NCBI GenBank assembly: GCA_017502285.1 | Contig: JAFVVH010000019.1 | Location: 34,432-98,431 of the forward strand | Direction: 5' to 3' | DNA length: 64,000 nucleotides | Source: Oscillospiraceae bacterium | GTDB taxonomy: Bacteria; Bacillota; Clostridia; Oscillospirales; Oscillospiraceae | Shown here: one piece after another, positions 29,695 to 39,297 of the stretch | How positions within the stretch are numbered: position 1 is the first letter of the stretch | How the letters are laid out: each line of letters starts with the position of its first letter | Translations under genes and position numbers: made by a program | Notes under the pieces: generated by a model | Seen by the model: the letters and a program-made list of their open reading frames with translations, nothing else | Databases searched by the model: none | Told to the model about the DNA's origin: nothing

Positions 29695-30429
29695 TTACAT
29701 ATATATGCCGCCGTTGGGCTGTAACACCTGGCCGGTAAGGAATTGCCCGCCCGGGCCGGCCAGAAACAGGATGGCACGGGCCACGTCCTCCGGTGTGCCG
29801 ATCCGCTCCAGAGGAGTCTCCTGCCGCAGGGCATTCAGGCTTTCCTCATCCAGATGCGCGTTCATATCGGTGGCGATCACGCCGGGAGCCACACAGTTGG
29901 CGGTGATGCCGGAAGGCCCCAGCTCTTTGGCAAGTGCCTTCGTCATGGCGATGACCGCCCCCTTGGACGCGGAGTAGGCCACCTCGCAGGAGCCGCCCGT
30001 CATCCCCCACACGGAGGACAGGGTGATGATACGCCCCGCCTTTTGCCTTACGAAATAGGGCGCTGCGGCCCGGATGGTGTAAAACATCCCATCCACGTTG
30101 GCGGCAAAAACCCTTCGCCACTGCTCGTCGGTGGTGTCGGTAAGCAGTTGCTGGGACAGGGCAACACCGGCATTGCACACCAGCGCGTCCAGACCGCCCA
30201 GCTCCCGGACCGCCTGCTCCACCAGAGCCGCCGCCTGTGCCGGGTCGGCCACGTCCGCCCGGATGGCACAGGCCCGCACCCCCAATTCGGTCAATTCCCG
30301 CACAAGCTCCTGCGCCGCCCGCTCACTTTGATTGTAGTTGACTGCCACATCCCAGCCCTCCTGCGCAAACAGTCGGGCGGTAGCCGCCCCGATGCCCCTG
30401 GACGCGCCGGTAATCAAAACAGCACTCAT
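29695..30429 (-). CDS. SDR oxidoreductase (FabG-like; YmfI/EF-P 5-aminopentanone reductase-like)
   Basis: TGASRGIG, NAG, GGSCEVAYSASKG, APGVIATDMN. Confidence 0.85.
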   Translation of the reverse strand: MSAVLITGASRGIGAATARLFAQEGWDVAVNYNQSERAAQELVRELTELGVRACAIRADVADPAQAAALVEQAVRELGGLDALVCNAGVALSQQLLTDTTDEQWRRVFAANVDGMFYTIRAAAPYFVRQKAGRIITLSSVWGMTGGSCEVAYSASKGAVIAMTKALAKELGPSGITANCVAPGVIATDMNAHLDEESLNALRQETPLERIGTPEDVARAILFLAGPGGQFLTGQVLQPNGGIYM

Positions 30430-31268
30430 ACAACTGCCTCCAATGCCTGTCGGGCGGCGGCCGCCATGACCGCTCCGTCCAGCTTTGTTTCGGTAAAAAT
30501 TTCAAGAGCAAAAAGTGCCTGCCAAATCAGCATCCCAAGCCCGTTGGCAACCTTGTGTCCCAATCCCTGCGCCTTTGCCAGCAGCGGGGTCTGGGCAGGA
30601 TTGTAAATCAGGTCGAACACTCCCGCCCCTGGATTCAACTCCTCCAAAAAGGACAGGTCTTCAAACTGCCCCCTCGCCCCCGTCATACCAAGACTGGTAC
30701 AGTTGACCACCAGTTGGCTTGTTGATGCGTGGCGGCACAAGGTTTCCCGGGAAAAGCCGCAAGCTGTCAGCCCTTTCGCACCAATCTGAGAACACAGTCC
30801 TCCTGCCCGTTTCACGGTGCGGTTGGCCACGGTGACATGAGCCGCCCCAGCCTCCACCAGCTTGTACACCACCGCTTTGGCGGCACCTCCCGCCCCAAGG
30901 ACCAGAACGGTCTTGCCCGCCGGGTCCATGTCCGCTTCCCGAAGGGCCCGGATGAAACCAGCCCCGTCGGTGTTGTGGCCGTACACCCTGCCGTCCTTCA
31001 GGCGGACGGTGTTAACCGAGCGGAACAGGGCGGCATCCTCAGACAGCTCATCTGCCAGTGCCACCAAATTCTCCTTGTGGGGCATGGTGGCATTAAACCC
31101 TACATACCCCTCTGCCACCGCCTGCTTCAGCCAACAGGCGGTATCCTCTCCCGTCACCCGGCGGGCATCATAGACGTAATCCAGTCCGGCGGCTTGGATC
31201 ATGGCGTTCTGGATCACAGGAGACAGTGAGTGTCCGATGGGGTCGCCGATGACGCACAGCTTCCTCAT
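30426..31268 (-). CDS. aroE: Shikimate dehydrogenase
   Basis: GDPIGHSLSP, NATMPHK, SVNT, NTDGAGF, GAGGAA, DLIYNP, GLGMLIWQA. Confidence 0.93.
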   Translation of the reverse strand: MRKLCVIGDPIGHSLSPVIQNAMIQAAGLDYVYDARRVTGEDTACWLKQAVAEGYVGFNATMPHKENLVALADELSEDAALFRSVNTVRLKDGRVYGHNTDGAGFIRALREADMDPAGKTVLVLGAGGAAKAVVYKLVEAGAAHVTVANRTVKRAGGLCSQIGAKGLTACGFSRETLCRHASTSQLVVNCTSLGMTGARGQFEDLSFLEELNPGAGVFDLIYNPAQTPLLAKAQGLGHKVANGLGMLIWQALFALEIFTETKLDGAVMAAAARQALEAVV

Positions 31269-31696
31269 TTTCCACCCTCCAGAAAGTAGTCCATAGCCAT
31301 GAGGTAGCCGTCAAATCCGTGTCCGTACAGCTGACCCACACAGGCCGGTGCGGTGACGGAGATCGCCCGAAAGCTCTCCCGCTCGTCAATGTGAGAAATG
31401 TGCACCTCATAGGCCGGAACATCCACCGCCTTCAGCGCGTCCAGAATGGCATAGCTGTAATGGGTATAGGCGGCCGGGTTGATGATGATGGCATCATATA
31501 CTCCATCCGCGGCATGAATGGCATCGATGATAGCCCCTTCGTGATTGGACTGAAAAAAGTCGGCGGTGGAGCCGTTTTGTTCCGCATGCTCCCGTATCAT
31601 TCGGCACAGCGCTTCGTAGCTCTGATCACCGTAAATATCCGGTTCCCGCCTGCCCAGCAGATTTAGGTTAGGGCCGTTGATGATAAGAAATTTCAT
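31265..31696 (-). CDS. aroQ: Type II 3-dehydroquinate dehydratase
   Basis: NGPNLNLLGRREPDIYG, QSNHEG, INPAAYTHYS, EVHIS. Confidence 0.95.
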   Translation of the reverse strand: MKFLIINGPNLNLLGRREPDIYGDQSYEALCRMIREHAEQNGSTADFFQSNHEGAIIDAIHAADGVYDAIIINPAAYTHYSYAILDALKAVDVPAYEVHISHIDERESFRAISVTAPACVGQLYGHGFDGYLMAMDYFLEGGK

Positions 31697-32199
31697 TGCT
31701 TGCACTCCTTCTCATACAGGGCGGCAATGCGCAAAGCCGCCTCCCCGGCCGTATTGGTGCAGGAAATGGTGTGGTGCGCATACTTGCGGTACAGGTGGAT
31801 GCGCTGGTCGTACAGCTCGTAAATGCGTGCGGTATTTCCGTTCAGCAAGGGCCGCTCACTCAGGTCCGCTCCCAGAATATCCGCAAGATCCCGGTCCCGG
31901 AAGAAGATCACCCCCGTTTGAGACAGCGCCGTCATATTCTCTTCCCGCAGCACCACACCGCCGCCGGTGGCAATGACCACTCCGCTCATCTGTGCCGCCT
32001 GCCGGACTGCGGCAGTCTCCCTGTCACGAAAACCCTCCTCGCCCTCGGCAGCAAAAATATCCGCAACGGTTTGGTCTGCGGCCCGCTCTACCATCTGGTC
32101 TGTGTCCACCAGCACCATGTGCAGCATGGACGAAAGTTCCCGCCCCACGGTACTCTTTCCACATCCGGGCATGCCGATCAATACAATATTTTTCTTCAT
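31693..32199 (-). CDS. aroK: Shikimate kinase
   Basis: GMPGCGKSTVG, GEEGFRDRE, ATGGG, RPLL. Confidence 0.95.
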   Translation of the reverse strand: MKKNIVLIGMPGCGKSTVGRELSSMLHMVLVDTDQMVERAADQTVADIFAAEGEEGFRDRETAAVRQAAQMSGVVIATGGGVVLREENMTALSQTGVIFFRDRDLADILGADLSERPLLNGNTARIYELYDQRIHLYRKYAHHTISCTNTAGEAALRIAALYEKECKQ

Positions 32200-32209
32200 T
32201 GCCGCGCCC

Positions 32210-33364
32210 TCACAGGTTGGAAACAAAATTGCCCAGCACACGGAAGTCTGCCGCCGTCTGGGAAAGCTCCCTCAGGATTCCGTCCATCTCCGGCGCGTTC
32301 AGGCTGCCGGTGAACTCCAGAAAGAACATATACTCCCAGCTGTGTCCCGGCATGGGCCGGGACTCCAGCTTGGTCATGTTCAGGCCGTTGACGGCAAAAA
32401 TAGTCATGATGCGGTGCAGGCTGCCCGCCTCGTGGGGCAGGGAGAATACGGTGCTGATCTTGTCCGCACCCTCCCGCAGCTCCATGACCGGACTGACCAC
32501 CACAAAGCGAGTGGTGTTGTTGGCGTTGTGATTGGTGCCGCGCATCAGAATTTCAAGGCCATACAGTTCTGCCGCCCGCTCCGAGCAGATGGCCGCCTTG
32601 GTGATGTCACCCGTCTGGGCCACGTACCGCCCGGCTCCGGCAGTATCGGCACAAGGCACCTGCACCCAGCCGGGATGGGCATTGAGAAAGCGGTCCGACT
32701 GAAACAGTCCCTGCTCGTGGGAGTAGACGTGGGTAATGGTTTCAAGACTGGCTCCCTTGGGGGCCATGAGGCAGTGCTCCACCTTGACGGTGGTCTCCCC
32801 TACGATGGAGCATTCATATTGGGTCATCAGATCATAGACCTGACGAATGGCGCCGCTGGTGCTGTTTTCAATGGGCACCACGGCGTAATCCGCGTCCCCC
32901 TTCTTCAGCGCTTCAAACACATCCTCAAACTGCTCCAGACCGATGTTCTCCGACGCACTGCCGAAAAAGTTGATGCAGGCCATCTCGCTGTACGCTCCCG
33001 CCACCCCCTGATAGGCCACTTTGGGGTTTGCGACGGGCGCTCTTGCAGCCGCCATAGCCGCTTTGCAGCGGACGTAGCCCTGCTCCCCTCCCGTTTCCTG
33101 TACCAGCTTGCGCTGGCGGCGGCGGCTGATGGCCATGACCTGTTCAAACAGGGCGGCAAGATCGGCCGCCATCCCTTCATCACGGGCAAGGGCGGCCTTG
33201 GCCGCCAGCACCTCCCGCTCCCGGGCGGCATCCAGCACGGGAATCCCCCGCTCCAGCTTGTATCGGCCCACTGCGTCCACCACGTCCATACGCTGCTGGA
33301 ACAGGTCGGCCAGCTGCCGGTCTATGGCATCGATTTTGTCGCGGTACTGCTTGAGTTCTTCCAC
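32210..33364 (-). CDS. pheA: Bifunctional chorismate mutase / prephenate dehydratase with ACT domain
   Basis: RDKIDAIDRQL; YQGVAGAYSE, PIENSTSG, NTTRF, KLESRP. Confidence 0.93.
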   Translation of the reverse strand: MEELKQYRDKIDAIDRQLADLFQQRMDVVDAVGRYKLERGIPVLDAAREREVLAAKAALARDEGMAADLAALFEQVMAISRRRQRKLVQETGGEQGYVRCKAAMAAARAPVANPKVAYQGVAGAYSEMACINFFGSASENIGLEQFEDVFEALKKGDADYAVVPIENSTSGAIRQVYDLMTQYECSIVGETTVKVEHCLMAPKGASLETITHVYSHEQGLFQSDRFLNAHPGWVQVPCADTAGAGRYVAQTGDITKAAICSERAAELYGLEILMRGTNHNANNTTRFVVVSPVMELREGADKISTVFSLPHEAGSLHRIMTIFAVNGLNMTKLESRPMPGHSWEYMFFLEFTGSLNAPEMDGILRELSQTAADFRVLGNFVSNL

Positions 33365-33378
33365 GAAAAACACCCCTT

Positions 33379-34427
33379 TTATCCGATGCCCAGCAGCTGG
33401 CAGGCAGCCAGCGCGGCGGCGGCTTCGATCACGGGAACGGCCCGGTGGACCACGCAGGGGTCGTGACGACCCTGCAGCTCCAGCTCGGCATTTTCCATTT
33501 TGTCCATATCTACAGTGAACTGCGTTCGGGCAATAGAGGGCGTGGGCCGCATGGTCACTTCAAACACCACAGGCATCCCGTTGGTAATGCCGCCGTTGAT
33601 GCCGCCGGCATTATTCTGTTCAGCCTTCACCGTGCCATCGTCGTCCACATAGAGCGGATCGTTTGCCTCCGAGCCGCGCATCAGGGAAAAGGCCGTACCG
33701 GCACCGAAAGCCACCGCCTTCACCGCCGGGACCGCAAACAAGTGCTGGGAGAAGATCCCCTCCACATTCAGCCCGAAATCGGGCGCACCGACACCGGCGG
33801 GCAGTCCGAACACCATACACTCGATGCTGCCGCCCACGCTGTCCTGCTCGTTTTTCGCGTCCAAAATGGCCTGCCGCATTTCCTCCCGCAGGCATCATCC
33901 AGCACAGGAAACTCCTTATCCGCTGCGGCAAGCAGACTATCCATATCCTCCGCCACCGCATCGTTGATGCCGTAAATGCAGCTGATATGCGCACCGATTT
34001 TAATTCCCCTTTGCGCCAAAAGCTGCTTTGCCACCGCGCCGGCAAAAACCAGGGGCGCGGTAAGCCGCCCGGAGAAGTGGCCGCCGCCCCGATAGTCGTT
34101 GCAGCCCTCATAGCGCACATGGGCGGGCCAGTCGGCGTGCCCGGGCCGGGCCAGGTTCTTGGTTTTCTCATAGTCCCCGGAGTGCTGATCCCCATTTTCG
34201 ATCACGGCGCACAACGGTGTTCCGGTGGTTTTGCCTTCAAACACACCGGACAAGATCTTTGGCGCATCCGTCTCTTTCCGCGCCGTAGACAGCGCGTCTT
34301 TCCCCGGACGACGACGCTCCATCTCTTTTTGGACGGCATCCATGTCCAGTTCAAGACCCGCGGGCACGCCCTCCAGCACCACGCCGATGGCCGGGCCGTG
34401 GGACTCTCCAAAAATACTGTATTTCAT
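33379..34427 (-). pseudogene. aroC: Chorismate synthase, split by an apparent 1-nt deletion at ~33885-33887 (real lesion or sequence error)
   Basis: 5' half GESHG...RPGHAD...GGGHFSGR; 3' half DSVGG...NNAGGINGGITNG...GRHDPC in another frame; TGC GG GAG GAA ATG lacks one base. Confidence 0.9.
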
Positions 34428-34432
34428 CACAG

Positions 34433-35599
34433 TCACCTCTCCATGATCCTTCCGCCCAGCTTCTCATAATCATCCCAGAATCCGGGGTAGGACTTTGCCA
34501 CACACTGGGCGTCCAGCACGGTAACAGGCCGCTCACAACGCACAGCGGCAACCGCCGCCATCATGGCAACGCGGTGGTCGTTGCAGCTATCCACCTCAAC
34601 TCCGCCCGCAAGCCCGCTCCGGCCCACGATGACAAGGCCATCGGCCAGCTCGGTCACATCCGCGCCCAGCGCGTTCAGCGCACGGGTGACGGCTGCAAGT
34701 CGGTCACTTTCCTTGATGCGCAGGCGGGCAGCGTTGGTAATATGCGTCGTCCCCTGCCGCACCGCGGCCATAGCGGCCAGCGCGGGCACAAGATCGGGGC
34801 ACTGGGACACATCCAGCACCACATCGCCGGGGGCGGTCAGCTGCCTGAATTGCGCCGCGATCACCCGATCGCCCTGTGCAGAAGCTTCGTTCATGCCCTG
34901 CACCGTCACCTCGCTGCCCAACGCGGCGGCAGCATACCAGAAGGCCGCCTGTGACCAATCCGGTTCAACGTCTACATCCCGTGCAAGGTATCGCTGTCCA
35001 CCGGGGACAAACCATCCGTTCTCCCGCTGCAGCACCTTGATACCGAACTGCTCCAGCACCTCCAGCGTCATGTCCACATAGCCCTCCGACTCCAGCGGCG
35101 TGGTCAGCACGATCTCACTATCCCCTTGCAGCAGGGGCAGCGCATATAAAAGCCCGGTGACAAACTGGCTGGATACGTTGCCGGGCAGGCGATACACGCC
35201 CGCCTTCAACTCTCCTTTTACCGTAAGTACACCGTCTTTTTGTTCGTAAAAAACGCCTTTTTCTTTGAAAAGGTCGAAATAGGGCTGTTGGGGACGGTCC
35301 ATGAGCCGCCCCCGTCCCGTAAAGATGCCTCCCCCGGTTACCGCAAGAGCTACCGGAATGAGAAACCGCAGGGTAGAGCCGGACTCGCCGCAGTCAAGCC
35401 GGGGCAGTTCCTTCCCCGCCGCGGCCAGCGCCGCCATGCAGTTCATGGTCGCGTCAATATCCTGCGACAGCCCCGCCGGGAGCCGATCACATCCCATCCC
35501 GGCCAGCGCGGCGGCGATCACCACCCGGTGGGCCTGAGATTTGGAGGGCGGCGGCACAATGCTGCCGTTTAACATGGTTGGTTGAATGGTAATATTCAT
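34433..35599 (-). CDS. aroA: EPSP synthase
   Basis: PPSKSQAHR, DCGESGSTLRF, SSQFVTGLL, RIKESDRL, DHRVAM, KSYPGFW. Confidence 0.95.
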   Translation of the reverse strand: MNITIQPTMLNGSIVPPPSKSQAHRVVIAAALAGMGCDRLPAGLSQDIDATMNCMAALAAAGKELPRLDCGESGSTLRFLIPVALAVTGGGIFTGRGRLMDRPQQPYFDLFKEKGVFYEQKDGVLTVKGELKAGVYRLPGNVSSQFVTGLLYALPLLQGDSEIVLTTPLESEGYVDMTLEVLEQFGIKVLQRENGWFVPGGQRYLARDVDVEPDWSQAAFWYAAAALGSEVTVQGMNEASAQGDRVIAAQFRQLTAPGDVVLDVSQCPDLVPALAAMAAVRQGTTHITNAARLRIKESDRLAAVTRALNALGADVTELADGLVIVGRSGLAGGVEVDSCNDHRVAMMAAVAAVRCERPVTVLDAQCVAKSYPGFWDDYEKLGGRIMER

Positions 35600-36681
35600 A
35601 CCGTTTCCTCATACAGCCGCTTCAGCTCATCCAGCAGCCGGTCATTTTTCATTTGCCTGCACACGGCCCAGCCCAGCTTGTCCAGCAACACGAAGGAAAT
35701 GCCTCCTTCGGCCCGCTTCTTATCCAGCCCGACAGCCTCCACCATCGTCTGCCAAGGGCAAGCGATCCGTACAGGTAAATCGTATTGCTTCAGTATCGTT
35801 TGGACAGCATCCTGCACACCGGCGGGCGTAATGCCCAATTTCTCGCCCAGCCGGACCGCCCACACCATTCCGGCGGCTACAGCCTGACCGTGAGTCCAGT
35901 CCTCGTAACGTCCGGCCAATTCAAAGGCATGGCCCACTGTATGCCCAAAATTCAGGAGCATGCGCAGACCGGTGTCCCGCTCATCCGCCAGCACCACTTG
36001 CCGTTTGATGTCGCAGCAGGTATAGAGCACCTGCTCAATCTGTGCCATGACCCCGGCTCGGCCCGCACATTGGCCCAAGAAGTCAAAAAACGCCCTGTCA
36101 CGGATGCAGCCGTATTTGATGACCTCCGCCATGCCGTCAGAGAACGTCTTGTCGCTCAGGGTGCTTAGGCAGTCGGGGTCCATAAGCACCAGTTTGGGCT
36201 GCCAGAATGCCCCCGCCAAATTTTTACCCGCAGGCAGGTCAATGGCCACTTTCCCGCCTACGGAGGAGTCCACCTGCGCAAGAAGGGTGGTGGGCATCTG
36301 AACAAAGGCCACTCCCCGCAGCAGGGTAGCGGCAGCGAAGCCCGCAAGGTCACCCACCACACCGCCGCCCAGCGCCACCACTGCGTCGGTGCGGCTCAGG
36401 CCAAAGGACAGCATTTCGTCATAGATATAGCCCAGCATTTCAAGGCTTTTGGACCGCTCTCCGGCAGGGATGGTAATGCCCTTGACGGCAAACCCCGCTC
36501 CTTCAAGGCTTTTCACTACCCGTTCCAGATACAAGGGCGCCACATTGCTGTCCGTGACCACACCAAGGCGGCGGGCTTTGGGCAGGACGGAACGGCAATG
36601 CTCTCCAGCCCGCTCCAGAAGCCCACTCTCGATCAAAATATCATATTCCCGGCCCGGCAGGGCCATGGTAAGTGTTGTCAT
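35596..36681 (-). CDS. aroB: 3-dehydroquinate synthase
   Basis: GGGVVGDLAGF, PTTLLAQVDSSVGGK, LNFGHTVGHA, HGQAVA. Confidence 0.95.
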   Translation of the reverse strand: MTTLTMALPGREYDILIESGLLERAGEHCRSVLPKARRLGVVTDSNVAPLYLERVVKSLEGAGFAVKGITIPAGERSKSLEMLGYIYDEMLSFGLSRTDAVVALGGGVVGDLAGFAAATLLRGVAFVQMPTTLLAQVDSSVGGKVAIDLPAGKNLAGAFWQPKLVLMDPDCLSTLSDKTFSDGMAEVIKYGCIRDRAFFDFLGQCAGRAGVMAQIEQVLYTCCDIKRQVVLADERDTGLRMLLNFGHTVGHAFELAGRYEDWTHGQAVAAGMVWAVRLGEKLGITPAGVQDAVQTILKQYDLPVRIACPWQTMVEAVGLDKKRAEGGISFVLLDKLGWAVCRQMKNDRLLDELKRLYEETV

Positions 36682-36691
36682 TGCAGACACC

Positions 36692-37714
36692 TTATTTCAC
36701 AAAAGTTTTCCCCATCAGTTCCACCAGCGCAGCAGACTTGTTCATCAGCTGACGGAACTTTTCCGGAGTCAGGGACTGCTGTCCGTCACACAGCGCATGC
36801 GCCGGGTCGTTGTGCACCTCTACGATCAGTCCGTCCGCCCCGGCAGCAATGGCCGCCATAGCCAGCGGCTCCACCAGCCAGTGGTATCCGCCGGAATGAG
36901 AGGGGTCCACCACAATAGGCAGGTGGCTCATGCGCTTGACAGCAGGGATGGCGGACACGTCCAGGGTGTTGCGGGTCTGGGTCTCAAAGGTACGGATGCC
37001 CCGCTCACACAAGATCACATTCTCATTGCCCGCAGCCATGATATATTCCGCGGACATGATCCACTCCTCATAGGTGCTGGACAGACCCCGCTTGAGCAGG
37101 ATGGGCTTGGACATCTTGCCCACTTCCTTGAGCAGGTCAAAGTTCTGCATATTGCGAGCTCCCACCTGCACCAGATCCACCTTTTCTTCAAAAAGCTCGC
37201 AGTATTTGGGGCTCATGATCTCGGTGACAACGGGCAGCCCGGTATCCTGCTTTGCCTCCAACAGCAGATCAAGCCCATCCAGTCCCATGCCCTGAAAAGA
37301 ATAGGGAGACGTACGGGGCTTGAACGCGCCGCCCCGAAGCATGGCCGCACCGGAAGCCTTCACGTCCCGGGCCACCTGAATGATCTGTTCCTCACTCTCT
37401 ACCGAGCAGGGACCGGCCATAACCGTAAAATTTCCGCCGCCCACGGCGACTCCTCCGGCAGTGATGACGCTGTCCTCAGGGTGGAACTTGCGGTTGGCCT
37501 TTTTATAGGGCTCCTGCACGCGCATGACGCGTTCCACATCCGGCTCCATCTCCAGCTTGTGGATGTCCAAATGGACAGTATCGCCCACCAGACCCAGAAT
37601 GGAGCAGCCCACACCGTGGGTAATGCCTACCTGTACCTTTTCCTGTCTCTCCAGTTTATCTACCAGCGCGTGGATGGCATCCTGACTGGTGCCGGGCTTC
37701 ATGATTATAACCAT
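36692..37714 (-). CDS. aroF: DAHP synthase, type I-beta with N-terminal regulatory domain
   Basis: AGPCSVES, GGAFKPRTSPYSFQG, GARNMQN, LKRG, CERGIRTFE, DPSH. Confidence 0.95.
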   Translation of the reverse strand: MVIIMKPGTSQDAIHALVDKLERQEKVQVGITHGVGCSILGLVGDTVHLDIHKLEMEPDVERVMRVQEPYKKANRKFHPEDSVITAGGVAVGGGNFTVMAGPCSVESEEQIIQVARDVKASGAAMLRGGAFKPRTSPYSFQGMGLDGLDLLLEAKQDTGLPVVTEIMSPKYCELFEEKVDLVQVGARNMQNFDLLKEVGKMSKPILLKRGLSSTYEEWIMSAEYIMAAGNENVILCERGIRTFETQTRNTLDVSAIPAVKRMSHLPIVVDPSHSGGYHWLVEPLAMAAIAAGADGLIVEVHNDPAHALCDGQQSLTPEKFRQLMNKSAALVELMGKTFVK

Positions 37715-37744
37715 AATCTCAGATCCTTTCCTGTGCCCCAGGGC

Positions 37745-37783
37745 AAATAAAAGAGCGCTCATTGATTTTGTCAATGAGCGCCC
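37745..37783 (-). terminator. Attenuator terminator upstream of aroF
   Basis: GGGCGCTCATTGA-CAAAA-TCAATGAGCGCTC-TTTTATTT on minus strand. Confidence 0.88.
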
Positions 37784-37826
37784 AAAAACTACGTTGGTAT
37801 CTTATCCCGCCAGAGACGGCGGACAC

Positions 37827-37934
37827 TCATCGCTCATCCTTTTTTGCCATGGCAAAATAGCCGGCACCCATAAATCGAGCCCAGCCATAGGTAAAGAACG
37901 CAGATGCGGTTGTGATGGTATTGTGCTTCATCAT
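37827..37934 (-). CDS. Aromatic-amino-acid leader peptide (M)MKHNTITTASAFFTYGWARFMGAGYFAMAKKDER
   Basis: SD GAGGTG; 4 Phe, 2 Tyr and 1 Trp within 15 codons; stop region can pair with the terminator 5' arm. Confidence 0.82.
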   Translation of the reverse strand: MMKHNTITTASAFFTYGWARFMGAGYFAMAKKDER

Positions 37935-37960
37935 GCACACCTCACAGAAAAGATAGGGTC

Positions 37961-37989
37961 ATTATACTCTTATCCAAACGGAATTGCAA
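37961..37989 (-). promoter_or_regulatory. SigA promoter of aro operon leader
   Basis: TTGCAA-17-TATAAT. Confidence 0.75.
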
Positions 37990-38034
37990 CAGGCAAAACG
38001 CACTTTTTCGCATTAAAGTACAAAAACTTTTTTG

Positions 38035-39297
38035 TCAACTTTCATAGGCAAGGCCGGACAGATACCGTCGTGCCAGATCAAAGGCATGATGGGCGGTCTG
38101 GGTGCGCAGCCGTTCCCGCATGGGGCGGTTACCCAAATTCAGAGCGCGTACATAGCTGCCCTCGGCTGTGGCGATGGCCACGAAAGCAGTGCCCACCTCG
38201 TTGCCCCGGTCATCCCTGTCCGGGCCGGCAACTCCGGTGGCCGACAGGGCAATATCCACTTCCAACACCCTGCGGGCACCCTCTGCCATTGCCTGCGCCA
38301 CGGGAGCGGATACCGCGCCGTGCTCCTCCAGCATATCTTGGGGTACACCCAGCACAGCCTGCTTGATTTCATCGGTATAGGACACGACACCGCCCTTGAA
38401 CACCCGGGACACACCGGGCAGGTCAGTCAACCGCTTGGCAAGCAGGCCGCCGGTGATGCTCTCCGCCACACCGATGGTCATCCCCTTTTCTTCCAGCAGG
38501 GTCTGCACCACCTGTTCCAGACTGGTCACATCTACACCGTACACTTTGCTGCCAAACAGAGCTTTGATCTGCTCCACGGTGGGCCCCAGCAGTTCCTGTG
38601 CCTGCGCGTCATTCTCCGCCTTGGCGGTGACCCGCAGTTCACACTCCCCTTCCTTGGCATAGGGCGCCAAAGTAGGGTTGGTCATTTCGTTCATCTGCGC
38701 GCGCAGCTGCTCCTCCATGGCCGACTCCCCGATGCCAAACAGCTTCAGGGTGTGGGAGGCGATGACCCCTTCGGACAGAGACAGCAGATAGGGCTTGGCC
38801 CGGTAGTGGAACATGGGCCGGCACTCGCTGGGCGGGCCGGGGAGCATGATCACGTGCACTCCATCCGCTTCAAAGGCACAGCCCGGGGCGGTGCCCCAGT
38901 CATTATCCAGCACAGTGCAGCCCTCGGGCAGCATGGCCTGTTGCATGTTACTTTCGGGCATGGGCCGCTTGGTGCGCTCAAAATAGCCGCGGATACGCTG
39001 AGCCGAAGGCTCATGGAACACAAGCTCCTTGCCAAAAGCCTCCGCCAGCACGTTTTTGGTCAGGTCATCACAGGTGGGCCCAAGTCCCCCGGTGGTGATG
39101 ATGATGTCTGCCCGGCTCTTGGCCAGCGCCACCGCCTCCCGGGCCCGGTTGGGGTTGTCCCCCACAACGGTGTGCCAGTAAACATTGAGTCCCAGCTCGC
39201 TCAGCCCCTGAGAGAGCATCTGCGCATCCGTGTTGGCGATGCTGCCCAGCAGCAACTCGGTGCCCACGGACAGGATCTCTACCGTATGGGACATCAT
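38035..39297 (-). CDS. cinA: CinA competence/damage-inducible protein (MoCF domain + NMN deamidase domain)
   Basis: VGTELLLG, TGGLGPTCDDLT, LPGPPSE, AESITGG, HGAVS, TGVAGP. Confidence 0.93.
   Translation of the reverse strand: MMSHTVEILSVGTELLLGSIANTDAQMLSQGLSELGLNVYWHTVVGDNPNRAREAVALAKSRADIIITTGGLGPTCDDLTKNVLAEAFGKELVFHEPSAQRIRGYFERTKRPMPESNMQQAMLPEGCTVLDNDWGTAPGCAFEADGVHVIMLPGPPSECRPMFHYRAKPYLLSLSEGVIASHTLKLFGIGESAMEEQLRAQMNEMTNPTLAPYAKEGECELRVTAKAENDAQAQELLGPTVEQIKALFGSKVYGVDVTSLEQVVQTLLEEKGMTIGVAESITGGLLAKRLTDLPGVSRVFKGGVVSYTDEIKQAVLGVPQDMLEEHGAVSAPVAQAMAEGARRVLEVDIALSATGVAGPDRDDRGNEVGTAFVAIATAEGSYVRALNLGNRPMRERLRTQTAHHAFDLARRYLSGLAYES

Noticed and set aside
34433-35599. Short AroA (388 aa) as a degraded gene
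   Set aside because: All catalytic motifs are present in frame; more likely a compact natural variant
37715-37960. T-box riboswitch for the aro operon
   Set aside because: No AAGGTGGTACCGCG-like T-box motif; the leader-peptide model fits instead
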